A stretch of 27,779 nt of DNA, taken from positions 1-27,779 of the forward strand of contig JAGGSL010000140.1 in assembly GCA_021159125.1 (NCBI GenBank). Direction: 5' to 3'. The stretch comes from Thermoplasmata archaeon (GTDB lineage: Archaea > Thermoplasmatota > E2 > UBA202 > DSCA01). Positions 8,234 through 16,609 of the stretch are shown here, in pieces. A program made the position numbers and the translations under genes. Under the pieces are notes generated by a model. That model was not told the DNA's origin. It was given only the letters and a program-made list of their open reading frames with translations, and made no database searches. Positions within the stretch are counted from its first letter, which is position 1. Every line of letters begins with the position of its first letter.

Positions 8234-11041
8234 ATGAAAACTCTGCTGGTTATTTCAATCATTATTCTTTTTCTTGCGCCTGCAAGCGGCTATGTCGGAA
8301 ACACAATTTTTGAAAAAGAAGAACATGGACAAAAGACAATTGCGGAATTCAATCATACTGTTGAAATAGCGCCTGGAGACGACTACTACATTCATTTTTC
8401 ACCTTCTGGAATAGAAGAAAAGCAAATATCATATGCTCACAATCTGTCGCAGAAGGCGCAGGCGGCGATTGCCCGTTCCCCTTTATGGTTGCAACGGGAG
8501 CTTGCCAAGCAATTTTATTTTTTGGATGAAAGATATGCAGATTTGTTACTCAACACTGAAAAAAAATATGTGGACGAAATTGCTTTTTCGATAGCCTATT
8601 CTCCTGTTGGCGCTGTTCCTCCTCCGGAAGTTTTGTATGACAATGCCCGCTTCCTTTATGAAAATGACAGATTTCTTGATTATGTGGATATAATAGATGA
8701 AGGAAATGGGAGCGATTATTATTCAACGCTAGAATATAAAGTGCTTGAGAACGGAACCGAAAAGAAAGTGATATGTCCCCCCTCCATATATTACTGGTTT
8801 GTTGTGTCTCCGAGAGTGACAATTGAAAATGCTACCTACGTATATGGCAAATTCTGGAGGGAGTATGTATTCAACCACAATGATATTGGCTACCCCCTAC
8901 TCAAAGAAAAGCTGTCGGGCATAAAATATATGTGGGACTGCAAATCGTATCGTCCCCCTGCCCATCGCACCTGGAATTACAGCATGTCAAATCATCCAAC
9001 AGCTGTGGAGGCAGTAAATTACTGGGTCGGAAAAACAATTCCTGCTCTCGCTACAGGTGACCGTCCTGGCCAGCCCAATGTTGTTGCCCATGAGCACAAC
9101 GGTTTTTGCGGGGAAATACACGAGCTTTCGACTGCCGCCCTCCGCGCTGCCCTCATTCCTGCCGTGCCGATCAATTGCCTGGGCGAAGACCATGTGTGGT
9201 GCGAGTTCTGGGAGCGCGGGTGGCACGAATTTGACGAGTGGTGGGCAGACGGCGGCGGGAGTATCGACAACTTTGACGAGTATCGATACGGATGGAATAA
9301 AATCATGTCCGCTCTTTTTGCATTGAAAGGAGATAGCTCCATATATGATGTCACAGAGCACTATATCCATGAGGAAGACAGGGGAGATGTAAAAGTGGCA
9401 GTCAAAGACATATTTGGAAACCCTGTGGATGGAGTGCGCGTTACTGTGTTTGGCTCCTGGAAGGCAAATGATTTCAAGGACAAAATGTGGGACAGGACCG
9501 TGGGCAGGCTGTGGTCCAAACTTCCCGAAGGTTTTAGAGAGAAATGGCAGGAAAATTATACAGAATTGAGAGAATGGTACCATGAGCGTGTACCTGGCAT
9601 CGTACCCTGGATTGTTCCGAGCATATGGAATTATACTGGCGTTGACGGCGAATGCACTTTCCATCTCGGCGCAGGGCATTCTTATCTATTCTCTCTCCAG
9701 AAGGATGAGATATTTTATTACGAGCCCTTCAGTTTGGGGGAAAGCAATGCCCTCCATTACATGGTGACAATTTTTCCCAACAAAAGCAGAAATGTCAGGA
9801 TAACTTTTGTTCTCCCTGACGGAATGCCCTCATTTAAAAAAGAGCATGTTGTTTCACCTCCTGAAGGAAATGATTATGAATGCAAAGTAAAATTCAGTAC
9901 ATCTGCTTATCAGATTCAAAGAAACATATGGGATTGGGAGGATGGAAAGGCAAAGACAGAATATGGAAGAGAAGATGTTTCATCAGCCATAAAATTTTTC
10001 ATTGTTGATGAAGAGAATTTTGGGAAATACATGGAGGGAAAGGCATTCGACTGCTACCATTATATTTACTCAGATACAGGCGAAATTTCATTCAATACAA
10101 GCAAGGCATTTTATCTTGTTTTCCAGAACACCGCAAAGAGAACCACAGTTATAACAAACATATCTGCATCTTTTGAAACAAGTACTGGAGAAAATTTCAT
10201 CAGCATAGACAAGCCGTGGAGCGATGTTTTTGAAAAGCCGACAATCAATGTGGGCGATGTTGTAGTTATTGAAGGCGCATCGACATCTGAAGGGAAGGTA
10301 AAAGTTGCAGACAAAACATTTGATGTGGATGGTAAATGGAAAATTTACTGGAACACCTCTTCATTATCGCCGGGGGACTACGAAATGGTTGCCAAATGCG
10401 GCAATTTTGAAAAGACATATGGCATAAAACTTGTCGATGCATCTCCTCCTGCTATTGATATCTCCCATCCGTATGATGGAGAAATATTTGATGGAAATGT
10501 GGTCGTGCAGGGAAGGGCATACGATAATGTCGGAATTGAAAGTGTCGATATGGAAGTTGCAGGAGAAAAAATATCTCTTCCGGAAAACTTTTCATATGAA
10601 TGGGCTCCTCCTGGCCCTGGAGATTATGACATTCTGATAAGAGCATCGGATGGCAACGGGCTTGAGACTGAAAAAGTTGTACATGTAGTAGTAAATGGTT
10701 CAGGCAATATGCCCTCAATAAATAAAGTCTGGTACACCCCTGAAAATCCAACTAATAGCAGCAATCTTGCCGTATATGCCAATGTGACGGGAGGTATGTT
10801 TTCAATAAAAAAAGTGGAAATAGAGATGAATGGCGAAGCAAAGGAGATGTATCTTTATGCATCAGACCCTGTTCAGCAAAGGCATGACGAAGATCCGCTA
10901 AAAAATGAAAGTAACCTGCCGGCGTACGGAATAGAACTCGGGCAGTTTCCCTCCGGCAGTACCATAAAATTTAGAGTGGAAGCTTATGACAGCGCCGGAA
11001 ATCCTGTAATGTCTGATGAATTTACCGTAAGAATATCATAA
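8234..11041 (+). CDS. Large secreted transglutaminase-like (Cys-His-Asp) protein with C-terminal Ig-like/beta-sandwich domains
   Basis: Signal peptide MKTLLVISIIILFLAPASG. GFCGE (Cys292), DHVW (His320), HEFD (Asp334). V.D..GNPVDGVRVTV...TGVDGECTF beta-sandwich and DASPPAIDISHP..G...V.VQGRAYDNVGIESV Ig-like segments. Confidence 0.8.
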   Translation: MKTLLVISIIILFLAPASGYVGNTIFEKEEHGQKTIAEFNHTVEIAPGDDYYIHFSPSGIEEKQISYAHNLSQKAQAAIARSPLWLQRELAKQFYFLDERYADLLLNTEKKYVDEIAFSIAYSPVGAVPPPEVLYDNARFLYENDRFLDYVDIIDEGNGSDYYSTLEYKVLENGTEKKVICPPSIYYWFVVSPRVTIENATYVYGKFWREYVFNHNDIGYPLLKEKLSGIKYMWDCKSYRPPAHRTWNYSMSNHPTAVEAVNYWVGKTIPALATGDRPGQPNVVAHEHNGFCGEIHELSTAALRAALIPAVPINCLGEDHVWCEFWERGWHEFDEWWADGGGSIDNFDEYRYGWNKIMSALFALKGDSSIYDVTEHYIHEEDRGDVKVAVKDIFGNPVDGVRVTVFGSWKANDFKDKMWDRTVGRLWSKLPEGFREKWQENYTELREWYHERVPGIVPWIVPSIWNYTGVDGECTFHLGAGHSYLFSLQKDEIFYYEPFSLGESNALHYMVTIFPNKSRNVRITFVLPDGMPSFKKEHVVSPPEGNDYECKVKFSTSAYQIQRNIWDWEDGKAKTEYGREDVSSAIKFFIVDEENFGKYMEGKAFDCYHYIYSDTGEISFNTSKAFYLVFQNTAKRTTVITNISASFETSTGENFISIDKPWSDVFEKPTINVGDVVVIEGASTSEGKVKVADKTFDVDGKWKIYWNTSSLSPGDYEMVAKCGNFEKTYGIKLVDASPPAIDISHPYDGEIFDGNVVVQGRAYDNVGIESVDMEVAGEKISLPENFSYEWAPPGPGDYDILIRASDGNGLETEKVVHVVVNGSGNMPSINKVWYTPENPTNSSNLAVYANVTGGMFSIKKVEIEMNGEAKEMYLYASDPVQQRHDEDPLKNESNLPAYGIELGQFPSGSTIKFRVEAYDSAGNPVMSDEFTVRIS

Positions 11042-11087
11042 GTTGGCAAAACAACAAATTTTATAACTTGTTGCTGCATTACTCGCC

Positions 11088-11151
11088 GGGAATGGGACAA
11101 AAATGAAAATTTTCTTTTTCATTTTTCGCCTTCTAACCTCCTCCCATTCCC
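11088..11151. terminator. Nested inverted repeat/hairpin downstream of the transglutaminase-like gene, candidate terminator
   Basis: GGGAATGGGA (11088-11097) and TCCCATTCCC (11142-11151) enclose AAAAATGAAAA (11099-11109) and TTTTCATTTTT (11116-11126). Confidence 0.45.
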
Positions 11152-11189
11152 AAATTTTAATTAAATAATTCTGAAAAAATCGGGCTTAA

Positions 11190-11244
11190 TATTATGGCAG
11201 AATTTGGGCATAATCTGGGATAAATTTGGGAAAATCAATATAAA
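11190..11244 (+). promoter_or_regulatory. Three AAT(T/C)TGGG direct repeats at 11-bp spacing directly upstream of a BRE/TATA element
   Basis: Copies at 11201-11208, 11212-11219 and 11223-11230, a degenerate copy at 11190, and TATAAA at 11239-11244. Downstream SD GGTGA at 11281-11285. Confidence 0.6.
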
Positions 11245-11291
11245 GAATGACCGTAGCTTTTAGCATGCACAAAAAGTGCAGGTGATAAAAA

Positions 11292-11825
11292 ATGAAAAGA
11301 AAAACGATATTGACAATAGGAGCAATTGCCATTATGGCAATGGGCGGAATGCTGATGGCTGCAAGCGCAGGATATGTGGGCGAATATGACCCATATACCA
11401 GTAGCGCATGCACGTACGACCAGCTGAGAAGCCAGAACATGATGCATGCTTCATCAGGTGCATCACACAATACATATACTGGAATTGGCAACGGTGATGG
11501 AGATGGAGAGTGCGACAATTTGACGGAAGTTACAGGTGTGCTTACACAGGACGGAGTATATTTCTACCTTGACGGACTTAGGCTTTATGTTGGACCCTAC
11601 TGGTACATATCTATAAAGGAGTCTGCCTATGACTATGACGGAGATGGCAACACAGAAACAATCATAGAAGAACTGCAGGGACTTACAGGAACAACTGTTA
11701 CCATAACAGGGAGTCTGCATGATGGAATTGCAGGTCAGCGGCTTACGGTATTCCACATAAACGACATGCTCTACCGAGAAGAAGGAAAGCCAATATGGGC
11801 TGGTGGACACCACGGTGGTAACTAA
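11292..11825 (+). CDS. Secreted protein with DxDGDG loops and a probable OB-fold-like domain
   Basis: Signal peptide [27 protein letters not shown], strong GGTGA SD, motifs [10 protein letters not shown] and [27 protein letters not shown]-terminal WAGGHHGGN. Confidence 0.75.
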   Translation: MKRKTILTIGAIAIMAMGGMLMAASAGYVGEYDPYTSSACTYDQLRSQNMMHASSGASHNTYTGIGNGDGDGECDNLTEVTGVLTQDGVYFYLDGLRLYVGPYWYISIKESAYDYDGDGNTETIIEELQGLTGTTVTITGSLHDGIAGQRLTVFHINDMLYREEGKPIWAGGHHGGN

Positions 11826-11857
11826 ACACCCACCCTCTCTTTCCCTTTTTAGATAAC

Positions 11858-12496
11858 ATGAAAAAACCAATCCTGAAAGGGTGGACATCCACATTTATTA
11901 TCGTGGGTATTTTACTAATCTTTGTACTGCCCATAACCTCTCAAGTTGCTTCAGCATGGGACGATTGCCCGTACGGTCTTGAAAACGATACATATCCTGG
12001 CGAATGCCCACGTTATGTGGATACCAATGGAGATGGTATATGTGACCATTCTCAGCCAGACCCATCAAAAACAGAAGATACATCGGAAGCAGATAACAGT
12101 ACATCTACAGAACCACAGTCAACAGGGCATAACTCAACTTCTACTCCCTGGTATAAAAATAAGGAAATTGTGGGGCTTACACTCGCATTTATAATCATAA
12201 TTGGCGGAGCCATATTGACAAAAGTTGCTGTAGCGAAAAAGATAATTTCTCCAGCAAAATCAAAAATAATCTGGAATATCTTTCTCCTGATATTCTTTTT
12301 ATTATCAGCAATTACGGGTGTAATGCTTGTTCTGTTTATGACATTTCCATCTCTAAGGATAGACATTAATCTTATTCAGCTGCATTCAATCACTTCATTT
12401 GTGTTCATGTGGATTACAGCATACCACATTCTGACTCAAAGGAAATATTACGCCAAAGGGGTAAAATTCTTGTTTGCAAAACAAAAGAAGAGTTAA
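11858..12496 (+). CDS. Membrane protein with N-terminal Cys/Asp-rich extracellular motif and DUF4405-like (cytochrome b-like) C-terminal helices
   Basis: CPYG...[21 protein letters not shown], Ser/Thr/Glu linker, then three TM segments with intramembrane His (QLHSITS, AYHILT). Confidence 0.72.
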   Translation: MKKPILKGWTSTFIIVGILLIFVLPITSQVASAWDDCPYGLENDTYPGECPRYVDTNGDGICDHSQPDPSKTEDTSEADNSTSTEPQSTGHNSTSTPWYKNKEIVGLTLAFIIIIGGAILTKVAVAKKIISPAKSKIIWNIFLLIFFLLSAITGVMLVLFMTFPSLRIDINLIQLHSITSFVFMWITAYHILTQRKYYAKGVKFLFAKQKKS

Positions 12497-12617
12497 CCAT
12501 GCTGCGAGTTATTGCTATACAGTTTTAATAGCTATCAGCCATCCTTTCTCTTTCCCACTTTATTTCTTCATTCAAAAAAATGAATAAGCTTTATTAATGG
12601 ATGCGCCTTTTATTGTC

Positions 12618-13016
12618 ATGCAATTGAACAAGGGAATGCTCTCATTTCTATCCGGTCTTGGATTTACGGGTCTGGGCTTCTACATATGGTTTTTCACATT
12701 GTATTACTTCGACTGGAAAATAGGATGGATATTTGTATTTTCCGTAGCCACGGCAGTTCTCGGAGCAGTGGTGATATGGTGTATCTTTGTTGCTTTTTCC
12801 CTCATTGATACAGAAATACGTTTGAGTTCAACGGCAGGAGGCTTTATAGGCGGCATACTCAGCATGGCCGCGATCATACTCATGATATTGTCTTTCAGGA
12901 TAGGGGACTATAAATGGTATGAAGTGATTCATCCCATAGTATCGTTTTTCATGGCTGCCGGATGCACAACATTGCTAATATACCCATTGGAAGAGAAAGA
13001 GTCAAATAAATGGTAG
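12618..13016 (+). CDS. Hypothetical 4-TM membrane protein
   Basis: Four hydrophobic segments. Probable start MQLNKG at 12618 (TATA-like TTTATTAA at 12589-12596; ORF track 12597). Overlaps the trm56 start by 7 nt. Confidence 0.7.
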   Translation: MQLNKGMLSFLSGLGFTGLGFYIWFFTLYYFDWKIGWIFVFSVATAVLGAVVIWCIFVAFSLIDTEIRLSSTAGGFIGGILSMAAIILMILSFRIGDYKWYEVIHPIVSFFMAAGCTTLLIYPLEEKESNKW

Positions 13017-14032
13017 ACGTCACAGTTTTTAGATACGGCCATAGAATTGCAAGAGATAAACGCATCACGACCCATATTGCACTTGTTGCAAGGGCCTTCG
13101 GAGCAAAAAAAATAATCATAGACAATAGAGACGAAGGGATAGAGGAGGTTGTTGAAGATGTCAACAACAGATTTGGCGATGATTTTGAAATAGAAACGGG
13201 CGTAAACTGGAAAAAATTCATTAAAAACTGGGATGGGCTGATTGTGCACCTTACCATGTATGGGGAAAGTATAGCAGATGTTGCTGATGAAATTAAGAAA
13301 CATGATAAGATTCTTGCCATAGTTGGCTCAAAAAAAGTTCCCGGGGAATTTTATTCCATGGCTGATTTTAATGTCGCTGTTGGGAACCAGCCCCATTCTG
13401 AGGTTGCAGCCCTGGCACTTTTTATGCATTATATCACGGACGGGAAATGGATAGACCGCAAATTCTACGGCAAATTTCAGGTCATACCCCAAAAAAGAGG
13501 AAAGAGAGTTTTGGAAATGGATTACGTGAAAATGCTCAGGGATGAAGGCTGCTCTCAGGAAGTCATTGACCATTCGCTGAAGGTCCAGCGTCTTGCGATG
13601 AAAATAGCAGAGAGGATAAAACGCAACGGCATAAAGGTGGACATGAATACCGTTTATCTTGCATCTCTTTTCCATGACATCGGCAGATCCAAAACACATG
13701 GAATAAATCATATCGTTGAAGGAGCAAATATCGCCCGACGGCTCGGGCTGCCAGAGAAAGTTGTGAGGGCTATAGAACATCACGGAGGTGCAGGAATAGA
13801 TAAAGAAGATGCAGTCAAGCTCGGCCTGCCACCGAAGGATTACACTCCCCGAACCATAGAGGAGGAAATAGTTGCCCATGCAGACAATCTGACAGGCAAT
13901 GGCTACAGAAGCATCGACGAAGTAGTAAAAAAATTTGAGGAAAAGGCGGGCAAAAAGGCGGCAGAAAAAGTTAAGAATCTTCACAAAAAATTAAGTGAAT
14001 TGTGTGACATAGATGTGGGTGAGTTGATATGA
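13010..14032 (+). CDS. trm56: tRNA (cytidine(56)-2'-O)-methyltransferase aTrm56 fused to a C-terminal HDIG-type HD domain
   Basis: N-terminal SPOUT motifs RYGHRIARDKRITTHIALVARAFG, VHLTMYG, VGSKKVP, VGNQPHSEVAALALF. C-terminal HS..V, LFHDIGRS, H...GA, HHGGAG, EEIVAHADNL. Confidence 0.93.
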   Translation: MVDVTVFRYGHRIARDKRITTHIALVARAFGAKKIIIDNRDEGIEEVVEDVNNRFGDDFEIETGVNWKKFIKNWDGLIVHLTMYGESIADVADEIKKHDKILAIVGSKKVPGEFYSMADFNVAVGNQPHSEVAALALFMHYITDGKWIDRKFYGKFQVIPQKRGKRVLEMDYVKMLRDEGCSQEVIDHSLKVQRLAMKIAERIKRNGIKVDMNTVYLASLFHDIGRSKTHGINHIVEGANIARRLGLPEKVVRAIEHHGGAGIDKEDAVKLGLPPKDYTPRTIEEEIVAHADNLTGNGYRSIDEVVKKFEEKAGKKAAEKVKNLHKKLSELCDIDVGELI

Positions 14033-14598
14033 TAAAAGTCGGCGTGACTGCATTTCAGGGGGATGTAGAGGAGCATATAATCACAGTTGAAAGGGCAATG
14101 GATTCAATGGGGATTGAAGGAAGAGCCATTCCAATAAGAGAAAAGATGGTGGATGTGGACGCCCTTATAATCCCTGGTGGGGAGAGCACAACCATATCCT
14201 CGCTAATGATAAAAACAGGCATTTTTGAGGAGATAAAGAAAATTGCAGATGACATACCGATAATGGGAACATGCGCCGGCTGCATTTTGCTGTCAAAGGA
14301 AGTGGATTATGCTGTAAAAACTCTTGAGCTTATGGATATGGAAGTTGAAAGAAATGCATTTGGAAGGCAGAAGGACTCATTTCAATGTTCGCTTGACATA
14401 GAAGGCTTTGACAAACCGTTTCCTGCGGTATTTATAAGGGCACCCCTGATAAAAAGAGTCTGGGGAAATTGCAGAGTTATGGCTAAAATAGATAACGATA
14501 TTGTGATGGCCAAAGAGGACAACAAACTTGCACTAACTTTTCATCCTGAGCTCACCGGTGACTTGAGAATACACCAGTATTTCCTGAACATGCTGTGA
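14029..14598 (+). CDS. pdxT: Pyridoxal 5'-phosphate synthase glutaminase subunit
   Basis: QGDVEEH, IIPGGESTT, GTCAG (catalytic Cys), RNAFGRQKDSF, VFIRAP, FHPEL (His-Glu). Confidence 0.96.
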   Translation: MIKVGVTAFQGDVEEHIITVERAMDSMGIEGRAIPIREKMVDVDALIIPGGESTTISSLMIKTGIFEEIKKIADDIPIMGTCAGCILLSKEVDYAVKTLELMDMEVERNAFGRQKDSFQCSLDIEGFDKPFPAVFIRAPLIKRVWGNCRVMAKIDNDIVMAKEDNKLALTFHPELTGDLRIHQYFLNML

Positions 14599-14669
14599 GT
14601 ATCAACTATTCAAACTATTTCATTCAGGTCTATTACCTGCTGGAATAAAACCTGTTGTGATAAGTGGAT

Positions 14670-15053
14670 TTATACCCTTGTTATTTTTCTCTTTCCAAGA
14701 GCCTGCAGGTACTGGATCTCCTTTCCATTCTCTATCTTACCCTTGAACTCTTCAGGTATGTCCATGTTGAATGTCTCGTACGTTTCCATATCCATGAGCT
14801 GCACTTTGTCTCCCATAATCGATATCACCTGAGCAGTCCTTTTGTCTATGATAGGAATGTTAACTTTATGTCTCACAGGGCTTACAATGCTCCTCTTCTG
14901 GTTGTCAAAGACGCCTATTGCTTCTATTCGTGCCTTTGCTTCGCCATGCTTGCCTGGCTTGGATGTCGTTATGCTGACTATTTTGCACGGCTCGTCGTCT
15001 ATTATAACATACCTATTTACCTTCAATTCTCGTACTTCGGCAACTTCTTTCAT
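14670..15053 (-). CDS. eif5a: Translation factor aIF-5A (eIF5A), 127 aa
   Basis: [13 protein letters not shown] hypusine loop, [24 protein letters not shown]. Start set at 15053 after GGTG SD (ORF track 15179 includes the promoter region). Confidence 0.97.
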   Translation of the reverse strand: MKEVAEVRELKVNRYVIIDDEPCKIVSITTSKPGKHGEAKARIEAIGVFDNQKRSIVSPVRHKVNIPIIDKRTAQVISIMGDKVQLMDMETYETFNMDIPEEFKGKIENGKEIQYLQALGKRKITRV

Positions 15054-15145
15054 TTGAGCACCACGAAACGAAATGCAGGAACCCATAAATAAGGTTTTGG
15101 AAAGTTTTGATGAAAAAGTTATAAAGAATTTTGATATCCAAGAGC

Positions 15146-16138
15146 ATGACACTTGTGGTGTACTCCGATGAATTTGCACTCCATCGCAGCCCTGGTCATC
15201 CGGAAAGGGCGGAGAGAGCTGTTGAAGCCATGCGGTTTTTAGAGGGAATGCCGTTCTTTAATAAATTGCGTATAATAGAGCCGGTTATGATAGACGAAGA
15301 AAAAATTTTGAATGTCCATTCAAAAGAAATGATGGAACGGGTGAAAAACACGGTGGGATGGCTTGATCCCGATACATATACCACAGAAAATTCCTACAGA
15401 ATAGCAAAACTTGCTGCAGGTGGGCTTGTGAGGGCATGCGATGAAATTTTGAAGGGAAGAGAGGAAAATGCCTTTGCGATAATTCGTCCTCCCGGCCATC
15501 ATGCCACGAAAGACCGCTCAATGGGCTTCTGTTTATTCAACAATGCGGCGATTGCTGCAGATTTTATTGCCAGCCAGGGAAAAAAAGTGCTTATATTTGA
15601 CCATGATGTTCATCACGGCAATGGTACATGCGATATTTTTTATGACAGAAAAGATGTGCTTTATCAGTCAATACATCTTTCTCCCCACTACCCGGGCACA
15701 GGAATGATTGATGAAATAGGCAAAGGGGAAGGAAAAGGATTTACTGTAAATGCCCCCCTCTCAAGAGGCGTGGGAGATGAAGGAGTTGAAAAATTGCTTG
15801 ATGAGATTATGCTGCCGATAGCCGAACAATTTTCGCCGGACTTTATCATCATATCTGCAGGATTTGATTCCCATCATTCTGATGAGTTGGGAGGGCTCTC
15901 TCTGACAATAGACTTCTACGGGGAAATCATAAAAAAATTCAGTTCTGTTCAGAGTAAAATTGCATGCACACTTGAAGGAGGGTACATGCTCAGCGTTCTT
16001 GAAAAAGGGATTGCAAGCGAGGTGGCTGCTCTTGCTCACGAGCCGCTGCATTTTGAGGACAACTTTGAGGGTGGAAGGGATGCAGATGATGTTGTAATAA
16101 AATTAAAAGATCTGCTGAGCAGCTACTGGAATTTGTGA
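15146..16138 (+). CDS. Histone deacetylase-family Zn hydrolase (lysine deacetylase / acetylpolyamine amidohydrolase-like)
   Basis: [43 protein letters not shown]. Probable start MTLVVY at 15146, TTATAAA at 15119-15125. Confidence 0.93.
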   Translation: MTLVVYSDEFALHRSPGHPERAERAVEAMRFLEGMPFFNKLRIIEPVMIDEEKILNVHSKEMMERVKNTVGWLDPDTYTTENSYRIAKLAAGGLVRACDEILKGREENAFAIIRPPGHHATKDRSMGFCLFNNAAIAADFIASQGKKVLIFDHDVHHGNGTCDIFYDRKDVLYQSIHLSPHYPGTGMIDEIGKGEGKGFTVNAPLSRGVGDEGVEKLLDEIMLPIAEQFSPDFIIISAGFDSHHSDELGGLSLTIDFYGEIIKKFSSVQSKIACTLEGGYMLSVLEKGIASEVAALAHEPLHFEDNFEGGRDADDVVIKLKDLLSSYWNL

Positions 16139-16506
16139 TCAGATGACATCCTTACGGTTGTTTTTATTCCCCCTCGAATGTTAAACTCCCCTGTAACTTC
16201 AATAAACTTTGGGTTCAATAGGGCTTCCAAATCATTATATATCCTGTTTGTTGCCTCCTCATGGGTAATATGTCTGTTGCGGTATGAATTCAGATAGAGT
16301 TTGAGAGATTTGAGCTCCACTATGTATTTATCCGGCATATATTTTATCCTTATTACGGCAAAGTCAGGATACCCAGACTGGGGACACAAACAAGTGAATT
16401 CCGGGAATTCTATATTCACAATATAATCATTCTCCTGGCTGGGATTTTCCCACGTCTCAAGTTTTGCCTCTTCTATTGCTTTCTCACCATATTTCTTTTC
16501 TTCCAT
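16123..16506 (-). CDS. queF: NADPH-dependent 7-cyano-7-deazaguanine reductase, unimodular (type I) QueF
   Basis: [15 protein letters not shown] (Cys41, Asp48), QueF signature [10 protein letters not shown] (Glu64), THEE (His82-Glu83), FNIRGGIKT. Confidence 0.9.
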   Translation of the reverse strand: MEEKKYGEKAIEEAKLETWENPSQENDYIVNIEFPEFTCLCPQSGYPDFAVIRIKYMPDKYIVELKSLKLYLNSYRNRHITHEEATNRIYNDLEALLNPKFIEVTGEFNIRGGIKTTVRMSSDHKFQ

Positions 16507-16609
16507 GTTCTGGCCCTGCTAATGTACTTTCGATATTTAATAATATTTATGAAGCGCATGCTCCAAATTTTATCCAACAATTTTTATAATGTGCTTCAAT
16601 AAAGATTGT

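Noticed and set aside
11190-11230. CRISPR array or mini-array
   Set aside because: Repeats are 8 bp with 3-bp spacers, far too short, and no cas genes are in the window.
14625-14639. CAGGT-N5-ACCTG palindrome between convergent pdxT and aIF-5A
   Set aside because: A 5-bp stem is expected by chance and is not enough to call a terminator or operator.
15054-15179. 42-aa N-terminal extension of aIF-5A in the ORF track
   Set aside because: It spans the divergent promoter and overlaps the HDAC start; an SD sits directly before ATG 15053. Similar over-extensions apply to thiC, the cyclophilin, ThiF and the 23562 gene.
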